In this document: piece by piece, positions 7,677-16,306 of the stretch
Position numbering within the stretch: position 1 is the first letter of the stretch
How the letters are laid out: each line of letters begins with the position of its first letter
DNA from: an uncultured Methanomassiliicoccales archaeon
Lineage (GTDB): Archaea; Thermoplasmatota; Thermoplasmata; RBG-16-68-12; JAJISG01
NCBI GenBank assembly: GCA_964347795.1
Contig: CAYFZX010000007.1
Coordinates: forward strand, 1 to 36,018
Reading direction: 5' to 3'
DNA: 36,018 bases
Program-made: the position numbers and the translations under genes
Notes under the pieces: model-generated
Database searches by the model: none
What the model saw: only the letters and a program-made list of their open reading frames with translations
Told to the model about the DNA's origin: nothing

Positions 7677-10097
7677 TCAGGCCACCACCTCGACGGTGGA
7701 CTCACCGTGAGGGGTCATGACCACTCGTATTCTCCCGGGGAACTTCTCGGCAACCTCTGCCAAGTGCGTTATGAGGATCACTTTCTCGAAGGAATCGCCC
7801 ATCTTGAAGAGTTTGGAGACGAAGAGTTCCCTGGAACTCTCAGTGTCTAGGGAGCCGAGGTCACCTTCGTCGATGAAGAGAGTCTTCATCCTCCCATACG
7901 TCCTGCCGACCTGAGGCATGCTCGCCAACTCCTTGGCGATGGCAAACCGCAGCGCGGCGTTAATCTGGGTCCTTTCTCCACCGCTGAAGATCCCGACGTC
8001 GTGCCACTCCCCGTCGACTCCTTCAACGAGGATTCGTATGCCGTATCCCCTGGCCTCCTCGTGGGTCTCTAGCTTCACCCTCCGTAGCCGCCCGTTCGTC
8101 AAGTCGCTCAAGTTCCTGGAGGTCTCAATCTCCAGCTCCGGCAGCAGGCGATTTATGGCGTACATGACCACGCCCTTCTTGTGAAAGACTCCCTCTTTCA
8201 GGACGGTATGAATCTCGGCCCGGGCCCGCATCGCCCCCAGCCGCGACTCCACCTCCTTGGTCTTGGACTCGAGCTGCTGGATATCGCTCAGTCGATCCTC
8301 TGCCGCCTTCAGGCTTGCCTTCACCTCGTACAGGACCTGGGCAGCCTCGTCCCGTTTCTCTCGGAGAGACTCTACTTCTTTCCGCACCATTTGATAGGTT
8401 TCCTCGCTCTCTTGGGCGCGCGCGAGGACGCTTGACTCCTCCCCGAGCCGGCCCTCCTTCTCCCGACGTTGACCCTCCATCTCCTCGATTAGCTGCTCCA
8501 GGTCTTCCAGTCTTTGCAGCTCCTCCCTCGCCCGTTGCAGGAGGTCCTTCTTCTCATCTAGATTCTCTAGCGCTTCCCTGAGAGTTGTAAGCCGCTTGCG
8601 CTCTTCAGGTCCAAAACTCGCCGCCTCTGCCTTACGTTCTAGCTCGCGGCGCTCCCGTTCGAGCGCAGCTCCCTTGGATTTCCACTCTGAGAGATGTTCC
8701 TCCAATTCCCTCTGGATGACCCTGACACGGTCCCTGATCTCGCTGACCAGGAAGACCTCCTTGTTGATTCCTTGGGTCTTCTTGACGGTTTTGGCGAGGG
8801 CTTCACGACTCTCCTCCCGCTCCTTCTCGAGTCTCTCCACCAACTCGGGCCGTTGCGCAAGCCACTCAAGTTCTTTGCCGATTCGAGAGACTCTCTCCTG
8901 AAGAGTGCCCTCGTCGCGAAGCGCCTCGAAGGCCTCCTCGGCCCCAATGTCTGTGGATAGACCCGCCAACCGCTTCTCCTCCTCCACCACCTTCTTCTCC
9001 AGGTCAGAGATGATGGTTTTGTAGCTGGTTTCGGCGTCTCTTATCCTTGCATCGACGGAGTCGAGCTCCTTCCTCAGGAGGGTCCTTCTCTGCTGTCGGT
9101 CCATCAGATCCCGGGACTCCTCCTGGAGGGATTCCAGCTGTGTGACCTCACGGGCAAGCCCCTTCATTCTCTCCTTCAACTGAGGCACCTGAGTGAGGAC
9201 CTCACGCTTCTCCTTCAGTCTCCTCTCCAGGTCCTCGATGGATCTCTGCAGCCCTTCGAGACTGGTCCGAGCCTTGATGTATGCCTCGTGTCCTTTCTCC
9301 GACTCCTTGAGTTGCTCCTGTTTTCCCGATAACCTCCCCTCAATCTCCTCCAGAGACTTTCTGGACTGGGCCACTCGCTTCTCCAGGGTCTGCTTCTCCT
9401 CCTGCAGGCCAGCGGTCTGAGACAGTTGCTCCCGGAGGATGAGAAGTTCCCCTTCCGCTCCCTGCATCTCGCCCCTGACGACGTCGAGCCTTTCCTTGGC
9501 TACCTCCGCCGCCTTCTCGAAGGTCTCCAAGCGGAACAGCTTCTGAAAGACCTCCAGACGCTCTGAGGGACGGTCCGCGCCCAGCTGCTTCATTTCCTCC
9601 TGCCGGACAAACGTGGAATTCCGGAAGCCATCGTAGTCAAGACCAATGATGTCCTGAATGACGGCTTCGATCTCTGGGATGGTCCCTCTGATGGGCTTCC
9701 CGTTCTTCTCCAACTCCAGGTAAGGGGAACCACTGGCGGAGAACCCCCTTCTCACCGAATAGGTGGACCCTGCCTGGTGGAACGCCAAGCGCACGTGCCC
9801 CCCCTTGCCGCAGATTTCCGAAATCTTGATGCCCTGAATGTCGGTTCTCGTGGACCGTTTGTAGAGGGCGAAGGTTATCGCGTCCAGTATCGTGGTCTTG
9901 CCCGCACCCGTCGGCCCCGTGATGGCGGTGAACTTCCCAGGGAAGCTGATCGGAGGGCTCGTCCGGCGGAGATACCGCATGAAGCCCTTCATCTCCAATT
10001 CGTGGACAACGAACCCCTCACGAGGACCGGGGAGGGACTCTTCGGCCACCTCCTCTGGGATCGAGGCCTCCCTGAAGAACGACTCGAGGGTCTTCAC
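7677..10097 (-). CDS. rad50: Rad50 ATPase (SMC-like) with no recognisable zinc hook
   Basis: It has Walker A GPTGAGKTT, a long heptad-rich coiled coil, signature FSGGERTQ and Walker B LFIDEGDLGSLD. The GTG start overlaps the mre11 stop (GTGA). Confidence 0.92.
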   Translation of the reverse strand: MKTLESFFREASIPEEVAEESLPGPREGFVVHELEMKGFMRYLRRTSPPISFPGKFTAITGPTGAGKTTILDAITFALYKRSTRTDIQGIKISEICGKGGHVRLAFHQAGSTYSVRRGFSASGSPYLELEKNGKPIRGTIPEIEAVIQDIIGLDYDGFRNSTFVRQEEMKQLGADRPSERLEVFQKLFRLETFEKAAEVAKERLDVVRGEMQGAEGELLILREQLSQTAGLQEEKQTLEKRVAQSRKSLEEIEGRLSGKQEQLKESEKGHEAYIKARTSLEGLQRSIEDLERRLKEKREVLTQVPQLKERMKGLAREVTQLESLQEESRDLMDRQQRRTLLRKELDSVDARIRDAETSYKTIISDLEKKVVEEEKRLAGLSTDIGAEEAFEALRDEGTLQERVSRIGKELEWLAQRPELVERLEKEREESREALAKTVKKTQGINKEVFLVSEIRDRVRVIQRELEEHLSEWKSKGAALERERRELERKAEAASFGPEERKRLTTLREALENLDEKKDLLQRAREELQRLEDLEQLIEEMEGQRREKEGRLGEESSVLARAQESEETYQMVRKEVESLREKRDEAAQVLYEVKASLKAAEDRLSDIQQLESKTKEVESRLGAMRARAEIHTVLKEGVFHKKGVVMYAINRLLPELEIETSRNLSDLTNGRLRRVKLETHEEARGYGIRILVEGVDGEWHDVGIFSGGERTQINAALRFAIAKELASMPQVGRTYGRMKTLFIDEGDLGSLDTESSRELFVSKLFKMGDSFEKVILITHLAEVAEKFPGRIRVVMTPHGESTVEVVA

Positions 10098-11278
10098 CTG
10101 AGGACCTCCCTCAGGATCTCCTCTCCCTCCCTCAGGATGTCCTCCAGACGTGAGTGATCAGCGTAGTTGAACGTGACGTACTCCTCGAAGAGCCTCAACG
10201 GGTCCAGCGTGAACTCGTCCAAGGAGGGCGTCTCTCGATCGACGTAGGTGTGAGAGACCTCGTAATGGAAGGCCTCAGCCAGGCTCTTGGCGATGGCTGC
10301 CTCGTCCAGTAGTTCTCGCTGACCCTCCTCCAGTTTTATCTCCAGCCGCACCAGGGCATCACGCAGGTCCTGACCAAGGGCCCGGAGGACCCGCTCCATG
10401 GGGTTGCCGCCGGTAGCATCAACCTCCACCTTGATCATGGGCCGGGTCGGCAAGGGATGGAAATCCCAGCCCTCTTCCGGATGGTAGGTGATGAAGCCTT
10501 TCTCGTCGTCCCTCTCTCCCCAGTCGACCCTCTCGGGGGTACCAACGTAGACTAGCTTGTCCCCAAGGGCCTGGTGGAGGTGGATGTGCCCAAAGATGGC
10601 CAACTCCACCGACGGTGGAATCATGTCCATCGTGAAGGAGAACTCACCAGGCAGTACCTCCGGGTAGGCGGTGGCCCTGACTTTTGCCCCTTCGACATAG
10701 TAGTGTCCTAGCATAAGGACGAGGTCCCCCGTAGCCTCCTTCGCTCGATTGCTGATCCATTCCTTCAACATCCGACGGCCGAGTTCGAAAGTCTGTTCCC
10801 GGGGTACCTCTTCGCCAAGCCGCTCCCTCACCCTGTCTGCGATGTGTTCCGGGTGGAGGTAGGGCAGAATCAGGAAGGTCACCCTCCTCCCGTCGATGGA
10901 GGCCTCCTTGGCGGCAGGTTCTCGGAAGACCTCCACGTGCGAGTAACCGCGGAAATCCTCCAAGGAGGTACCGCGAGTCCACTGTCGCGGCTGGTCATGG
11001 TTCCCCGCCACGATCCAGGTCTCAATACCGGCCTGCCCGAGGGGCTCAATGACGTCCTTTCTGACCAGCTCTCGAAAGGCGGGGCTAACATGGGTCCTGT
11101 CGAAGAGGTCTCCCCCTATGACGAAGAGGTCCATTTCGTGCTCAATGGCGTACTCTGCCGCCTTTGCGAAATTCTTGTGGAGGTCCAATGACCTCTCCGA
11201 AACCCCCGTCTCCGGATCGACTCGGAACCCGAAGCTAATGCCTTCGTGGATGTCAGAAACCGCCAGGAGACCTCCCAT
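10094..11278 (-). CDS. mre11: Mre11 nuclease (calcineurin-like phosphoesterase)
   Basis: The phosphoesterase motifs are present: VSDIHEG, GGDLFD, GNHD, GHYY and GHIH. I re-set the start to ATG 11278 (MGGLLAVSDIHEG). The TATA-like GCATATAAG at 11301-11309 lies 24-31 nt upstream and overlaps the ORF-track ATG at 11311. Confidence 0.9.
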   Translation of the reverse strand: MGGLLAVSDIHEGISFGFRVDPETGVSERSLDLHKNFAKAAEYAIEHEMDLFVIGGDLFDRTHVSPAFRELVRKDVIEPLGQAGIETWIVAGNHDQPRQWTRGTSLEDFRGYSHVEVFREPAAKEASIDGRRVTFLILPYLHPEHIADRVRERLGEEVPREQTFELGRRMLKEWISNRAKEATGDLVLMLGHYYVEGAKVRATAYPEVLPGEFSFTMDMIPPSVELAIFGHIHLHQALGDKLVYVGTPERVDWGERDDEKGFITYHPEEGWDFHPLPTRPMIKVEVDATGGNPMERVLRALGQDLRDALVRLEIKLEEGQRELLDEAAIAKSLAEAFHYEVSHTYVDRETPSLDEFTLDPLRLFEEYVTFNYADHSRLEDILREGEEILREVLR

Positions 11279-11369
11279 CAGGTCGGTAACGGGACCTCGA
11301 CTTATATGCATGCGGGAGAGGTGAATGAAAGTGGTGCTTTCCCTCCAACTGGCTTGAGGCCCGGCGCTG

Positions 11370-12056
11370 ATGCTTTATCGTCTCGTGGGAATGTGGTCTG
11401 CCGTGCGCGCAACTGCTTACCCTGGAGTCCTCACGGACGGAGAGACGCTGTACACGGAGAACCTAGTGCCGAATGTCTCCGTATATGGTGAGAGACTCGT
11501 GCGACTGGGAGGCAAGGAATTCCGGGGCTGGAATCCTCGCCGCAGCAAGTTAGCGGCTCTCCTCCTCCAGGGCCTCGAACACTACCCGCTGGTTGACTCA
11601 TCGAGAGTTCTCTACCTGGGAGCGGCACAGGGCACTACTGCAAGCCACGTCTCCGACATTGCGTCGTCTGGTGTCGTCTACTGTGTGGAGATCGCCCCGA
11701 AGGCCTTCCAAAAGCTCCTCCGCCTGGCCGAACAACGAGCGAATCTCATACCGATTCTCGCGGACGCGAGGAGTCCCGAGACGTATCGGGACATGGTGGG
11801 AGAGGTGGATGTGTTGTACCAGGACGTGGCCCAGAGAGACCAGGCAAGCATATTCTTGCGTAATGCCCCCCTCCTCAAGGCGGGCGGCGGCGGCATTCTT
11901 ATGGTGAAGGCCCGCAGCGTCGACGTCGCCGCATCGCCGAGTCGTGTTTACAGCGGTGAGGTCAACTCCTTGGCTAGCGGGGGGCTGCGAGTACTGTCAG
12001 TGACCACACTCGGGTCGTATCAGAAGGACCACGCAGCCATCATTGTCCAGAGGTAG
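11370..12056 (+). CDS. flpA: Fibrillarin-like rRNA/tRNA 2'-O-methyltransferase
   Basis: It has the motifs WNPRRSKLAA, VLYLGAAQGTTASHVSDI, IPILADAR, DVAQRDQA and KDHAAI. An alternative ATG lies at 11391. Confidence 0.92.
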   Translation: MLYRLVGMWSAVRATAYPGVLTDGETLYTENLVPNVSVYGERLVRLGGKEFRGWNPRRSKLAALLLQGLEHYPLVDSSRVLYLGAAQGTTASHVSDIASSGVVYCVEIAPKAFQKLLRLAEQRANLIPILADARSPETYRDMVGEVDVLYQDVAQRDQASIFLRNAPLLKAGGGGILMVKARSVDVAASPSRVYSGEVNSLASGGLRVLSVTTLGSYQKDHAAIIVQR

Positions 12057-12086
12057 TCTCGGGTCCTGATGGTTGCGGTTCAAAGA

Positions 12087-12093
12087 TTATATA
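12087..12093 (+). promoter_or_regulatory. TATA-like box (TTATATA) upstream of the uS15 gene
   Basis: It lies 37-43 nt upstream of ATG 12130. The SD-like GAGGT (12119-12123) falls in the short leader. Confidence 0.45.
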
Positions 12094-12129
12094 GCGGTAT
12101 CACGTAGAAGGTGCTCCTGAGGTCAACCA

Positions 12130-12585
12130 ATGGCTCGGATGCACAGGCGAAGAAGGGGGAAGTCATCCTCGAAGAGACCCCATCTGGAGAAGGCTCCAGC
12201 CTGGGTTAGCCTGAAGTCGGAAGAGATTGAGAAGCTGATTCTCAAATTCAACCAGGATGACCTAAGCACCGCCGAGATAGGCATCCGCCTCAGGGATCAG
12301 TACGGTGTCCCGAGCGTCAAGTTGGTGACTGGCAAGACGATCACCCAAATCCTCCGGGAGAAAGGAGTGGAAATGGAGCTTCCGGAGGATCTACGCAACC
12401 TCATGATGAAGGCTGTCCGGCTCGACAGTCACCTGAAGGAGCATCACAAGGACCTCCATAATCGCCGCAGCCTGGAGCTCATCGAGGCAAAGATTCGTCG
12501 CTTGGCCAACTACTACAAGCGGGAAGGAGTCCTACCCCCAGAATGGCAATACTCTCGGGAGGCGGCGGAAATCCAGGTAAGGTGA
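12130..12585 (+). CDS. rps15p: 30S ribosomal protein uS15 (S15P/S13e)
   Basis: The N-terminal MARMHRRRRGKSSS plus the C-terminal S15 fold motif (HLKEHHKDLHNRRSLELIEAKIRRLANYYK) identify it. The 151-aa length fits the archaeal/eukaryotic type. Confidence 0.95.
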   Translation: MARMHRRRRGKSSSKRPHLEKAPAWVSLKSEEIEKLILKFNQDDLSTAEIGIRLRDQYGVPSVKLVTGKTITQILREKGVEMELPEDLRNLMMKAVRLDSHLKEHHKDLHNRRSLELIEAKIRRLANYYKREGVLPPEWQYSREAAEIQVR

Positions 12586-12596
12586 GCTCTGCCACT

Positions 12597-13979
12597 ATGT
12601 CACTTCTGGAAGGCTTGCCTCAAGGCCTTGAGGAGAGGCTAGAGGGGGCTGCTCGGGTCGTCGATGGTGCAGAGCGTGTCCGAATCCTGTGCCACTATGA
12701 CGGCGACGGGACAGCTGCGGCGGCCCTGTTGGCCCTCTCCCTGTTGAGACAAGGGGCCGACGTTCACGTCACGTTGTCCCGCCAGCTTAACGAGGAGAGG
12801 TTGAGAGCCATGACCCTCGAGGGCACGGATGTTCTCCTGGTGAGCGATATGGGGAGCGCCCATGTGGACCTGCTGGAGACCCTGAAGCTGCCTGTGGTGG
12901 TGCTGGACCATCATCAGCCTCTGCGAGACTCTGAGACCGTCGTCCAAGTCAACCCTCACCTTTTCGGGCTCAGTGGGACGCAGGACGCCTGCGGTGCCAC
13001 AACTTCGCTGCTATTCTCGCTGACATTGAACGAGGGCAATCTCGACTTGGCGGGCGTGGCCCTCATAGGCTGCATTGCTGACAGGCAACACTTGGGGGGC
13101 TTCAAAGGCATAAACGAGATCCTCTTCGACCGGGCCCTCAAGGAGGGCGAGCTGAAGGTTGAGAAAGGACTTGCCCTGGCTGACCTCCCCCTTGGGGACG
13201 CGCTCTATTACTCCGTCGGTCCATATTTCAGAGGTCTGTCTGGCCGCAAGAAGGCGGTTGCGAGCTTCCTGTCCGAACAGGGGTTAGATCCTGGGAGGAG
13301 ATACAGGGACCTAGGGGGCGAGGACAGGGAGAGCTTGGTGTCCACCCTGAGCCTCCTCCTCCTGAGGCAGGGAATCCGGCCCGAGACCCTCGAGCACCTC
13401 GTAGAGCGACGGTATTGGTATCCGGCCTTCGAGGTCTATGTGGACGACCTGGAATCCTACGTCAACGCTTGCTCCCGCCAAGGAGAGGAGTCGCTCGGTC
13501 TGTCCCTCTGCACGGGAGATTTCGAGGGTAAGGAGAGAGCGGAGGAGATCCGGAGGAAACATTGGGGAGACGTCTTGAGGGGGCTCAAGAAGGTGGAGGA
13601 CGACGGTGTCTTCGCCAAGGACCACGTTCAGTTCTTCTACGCGGAAGGACCCGCCTTGGCCGGTTCCGTGGCGGGAGTGAGCATGAGATACCTCCTGGAT
13701 CAGGAGAAGCCTACCCTGGCCCTGGCGGTGACGGACGGGATGACAAAGATCTCAGCCCGAGGGACCGATTACCTGACAGAGAGGGGACTGGACCTGGCGG
13801 AGGCCCTCCGGCTGGGCGCGGAGGCCAGTGGGGGTTCGGGAGGCGGCCATAACATAGCCTCTGGGGCTAGCATCCCCAAGGGGGGGGAGGAGAAATTTCT
13901 GGATCTGGTGGACGCAATTGTTGGGCGGCAGCTCGGGGGCGACCTCTCGACCTCTGAGCGGAATGAGCCAGCCACCTAG
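12597..13979 (+). CDS. DHH/DHHA1 phosphoesterase, archaeal RecJ-like (GAN/Cdc45-related) nuclease
   Basis: It has the DHH motifs HYDGDGTAAA, VSDMG and VLDHHQP, and the DHHA1 motif GGSGGGHNIASGA. I re-set the start to ATG 12597, 12 nt after the uS15 stop. Confidence 0.85.
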   Translation: MSLLEGLPQGLEERLEGAARVVDGAERVRILCHYDGDGTAAAALLALSLLRQGADVHVTLSRQLNEERLRAMTLEGTDVLLVSDMGSAHVDLLETLKLPVVVLDHHQPLRDSETVVQVNPHLFGLSGTQDACGATTSLLFSLTLNEGNLDLAGVALIGCIADRQHLGGFKGINEILFDRALKEGELKVEKGLALADLPLGDALYYSVGPYFRGLSGRKKAVASFLSEQGLDPGRRYRDLGGEDRESLVSTLSLLLLRQGIRPETLEHLVERRYWYPAFEVYVDDLESYVNACSRQGEESLGLSLCTGDFEGKERAEEIRRKHWGDVLRGLKKVEDDGVFAKDHVQFFYAEGPALAGSVAGVSMRYLLDQEKPTLALAVTDGMTKISARGTDYLTERGLDLAEALRLGAEASGGSGGGHNIASGASIPKGGEEKFLDLVDAIVGRQLGGDLSTSERNEPAT

Positions 13980-14614
13980 TAAGTGTCCATGAGCTTGAGG
14001 ACCTTTTCGCGTTCAATCTCCTTCGTAAGCGCCTCTCCGTCGATGGCCTCCAGATTCCGTTCTAGGAGGGCTAGTTGCTTTGAGTCGAGCGCGCTGGGGT
14101 TGAGAGGGATCAACACAACGCCGGGATTCTGCATGACAAACTCGTTGACGTGCTCCACGAAGAGGAGAGTCTGGACGAAGTCATTGTAGAGGGTGAGGTA
14201 TTCGAGGCCATCGAGGAGCACCGCGGCCCGCTCGTTGTCCTGAATGAACCTGCATATCAGTTTGTTCAGGCTGCCCAAGGCGCTAGGATTGTGGAAGTCC
14301 TCACCGGGTGTGTGGGACAACCACACCAGTCGGACGTCCTCGAGGCCACTTTCACTCCTCAGCCTCGAAGGGTGGCGGCGGGAGATGACGAGGCCCTGAC
14401 TGCCCTCGCTCACGAAGAGCTTGAGAAGCTGATAGCTCAGCTGCGGCCTCTCCTCCTTGATCAGATAGCAGCCGTCCCCCAGTCCGAGCGAGGCTGGCCT
14501 AGAAGGGAATTGCCTCTCCTCCTCTCCCATGTCTCCTCCGTGGGAGCCATCCAGTTTGTGCCATATCAACTTTGCGGGGCCAGATTGGCCAACGCCTCCA
14601 ACGGACCATTTCAC
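13976..14614 (-). CDS. DUF835-domain protein (KaiC/RecA-like fold without NTP-binding motifs)
   Basis: The core CYLIKEERPQ...GLVISRRHP...LVWLSHT...AVLLDGLEYLTLYNDF...LIPLNP matches my recollection of the DUF835 pattern. The GTG start at 14614 overlaps the orc1/cdc6 stop (GTGA). An alternative ATG lies at 14530. Confidence 0.72.
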   Translation of the reverse strand: MKWSVGGVGQSGPAKLIWHKLDGSHGGDMGEEERQFPSRPASLGLGDGCYLIKEERPQLSYQLLKLFVSEGSQGLVISRRHPSRLRSESGLEDVRLVWLSHTPGEDFHNPSALGSLNKLICRFIQDNERAAVLLDGLEYLTLYNDFVQTLLFVEHVNEFVMQNPGVVLIPLNPSALDSKQLALLERNLEAIDGEALTKEIEREKVLKLMDTY

Positions 14615-15771
14615 CCGGCCAGGCGAGTCTTCAGCCTCTCGATGAGGGCCCTAGCCGGTACCTCCTGCATGGAGATGATGGTGGTCTTTCCCGTGACGCC
14701 CTCTCCCGACGGTTTGGCCTCGATGAAGCCCAGGGAATCGAGGTCCTGCAGATACTTCCAGAACTGCGTGTGCCCCCTCTGCTTCTCGCCTAACTCTTCG
14801 CAGACGAGGGCGTAGGCCTCCTCCGCTTCTCCCGTGGTAACGTAGGCCTTTTTCTCCAACTTCCTGGCGATGGCCAGAAGGGCAGCCATCTTGGGCCGAT
14901 CCAGGGCCTGCAAGGCCTCCTCACTCAGCAGGGCGTGGGTCGTTGCTCGGGCCTCCCGAACGTGCTCGGGCAGGACCTCTCTCATATTCTCGTCCAGGGA
15001 CAGCTCCCCGGACTTCAGGAGAATCTCGATGGCGTACCGCGCGTCCCCGTACCCTGAGGCGATATCGGCGATCAGCTCGATGCACTCGTCCCGGACAACG
15101 TCTGGGAAGAAGGCTAGCTCCACACGGTCCCGGAGGATGTCCGCGAGCTCAGCCTGGGTGTACTTGCCGAACTCTACAATATTGCTTCGCCGGAAGGTGC
15201 TCAAGGTCGCCCCGTCCAGATAGCTCAGGGCGTTCTTCTGGGATATCAGGATGACGCTGACGCTCCCCCGCGGCGCTTGGTACTCTTCATCAAATCGGGT
15301 GAAGCTGTAGATGAGGTCTGAACTCCTTCGCACGAGGACGTCCGCCTCATCGAGGACTACAAGCAGATGCGCCTTCTCCCTCTCTAGATGTTTCCTCAAG
15401 ACGCTGAGCTTCTCAGGGATTGAGAAGCCTCGGTCGGGGAACCTCTCGTCCCACTTCTTCAGGATGGCCAAGAGGACGGCGTCCTCCGTGGTCCGTTGTC
15501 TGCAGTTCACGAGTGCCCACTTGACATTCCTGTCCCTCTCTTGGGCGTACCTGGTGAAGTCCATGCAGAACCGCTTCGTGAGGTGGGTCTTCCCCGTTCC
15601 CACGTTGCCCGTGAGGAAGGCGTGTTGTGAAAGATTGGCCTCCAGGAGGGGATAATACAAGCTCTGGAGGGCCTGCAACTGCTTCTCCCGGTGGGGCATG
15701 TCCACCGGGACGTAGTCGTAGGACAGCTTGGCTACGTCTTTGAAGATCGGCGTGCCGCCTGGCCGGGGCAT
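14611..15771 (-). CDS. cdc6: Orc1/Cdc6 replication initiator (AAA+ with C-terminal winged helix)
   Basis: It has Walker A GNVGTGKTH, Walker B LVVLDEAD, a sensor region and a C-terminal WH segment (FWKYLQDLDSLGFIE). A TATA-like GATAAAAAC at 15796-15804 lies upstream of ATG 15771. Confidence 0.93.
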   Translation of the reverse strand: MPRPGGTPIFKDVAKLSYDYVPVDMPHREKQLQALQSLYYPLLEANLSQHAFLTGNVGTGKTHLTKRFCMDFTRYAQERDRNVKWALVNCRQRTTEDAVLLAILKKWDERFPDRGFSIPEKLSVLRKHLEREKAHLLVVLDEADVLVRRSSDLIYSFTRFDEEYQAPRGSVSVILISQKNALSYLDGATLSTFRRSNIVEFGKYTQAELADILRDRVELAFFPDVVRDECIELIADIASGYGDARYAIEILLKSGELSLDENMREVLPEHVREARATTHALLSEEALQALDRPKMAALLAIARKLEKKAYVTTGEAEEAYALVCEELGEKQRGHTQFWKYLQDLDSLGFIEAKPSGEGVTGKTTIISMQEVPARALIERLKTRLAG

Positions 15772-15853
15772 TTCACTGCATTAGCCTGGGTGCTCGATAA
15801 AAACGTTGCCCTGTGGGCGGAGTGAAGGTGGTCGGGGCGAGGCGTCGAGAAAG

Positions 15854-15862
15854 CTTTTAAGG
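15854..15862 (+). promoter_or_regulatory. TATA-like box (CTTTTAAGG) for the 15883 gene
   Basis: It lies 21-29 nt upstream of ATG 15883. Confidence 0.45.
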
Positions 15863-15882
15863 GCCCCATCGGATGGAAGGGC

Positions 15883-16227
15883 ATGACCGACGAGGAGGCC
15901 ATCGGGTCCCTCTTGAAGAGCACGCTAGGGATCACTCACACCGAAGATATCCTGCTGGAGGCGGTGAGGGACCTGGTCAAGGAGGAGGTCAAGGGCTACA
16001 TCCGCCAGAAGCTGGAAGGGCATCCCGACCTTAGGGAAGAGCTCAAGGCTGGGATCAAGGCCCTGATGGAAGCGAAGGTGAAGGAGGCTTCGGCCTTGGT
16101 GCTAATCGCCAAGAGCGCAGCGAAACTAGGCGTGGAGCTCGTCCCGCCAGACCTGCGGGAGGAGATGGCCAAAGAGCTCGTGGGTGCTGTCGAGAAGGAG
16201 ATTGCCACCCTCTTGGAGGGGCGGTAG
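15883..16227 (+). CDS. Hypothetical acidic helical protein (114 aa)
   Basis: It is an ORF with a plausible TATA box and a Lys/Glu-rich helical composition. I recognise no family. Confidence 0.5.
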   Translation: MTDEEAIGSLLKSTLGITHTEDILLEAVRDLVKEEVKGYIRQKLEGHPDLREELKAGIKALMEAKVKEASALVLIAKSAAKLGVELVPPDLREEMAKELVGAVEKEIATLLEGR

Positions 16228-16306
16228 CCCATCGCTAACTTCTGTCAGAAGTAACCATGTCGAAAGATTTAAGCCTCTTCGGAGGCGACGTTTCCGACGA
16301 CTAAGG

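Noticed and set aside
15772-15882. Possible replication origin (ORB elements) in the intergenic region upstream of orc1/cdc6. An inverted pair TTCACTGC (15772-15779) / GGAGTGAA (15819-15826) flanks the orc1 TATA-like box.
   Set aside because: The region is only 111 nt and is filled by two divergent promoters. It has no AT-rich unwinding element. The repeat is a 7/8 match of short arms and I saw no further copies. At most it is an Orc1 autoregulatory site. An origin cannot be supported from this window.
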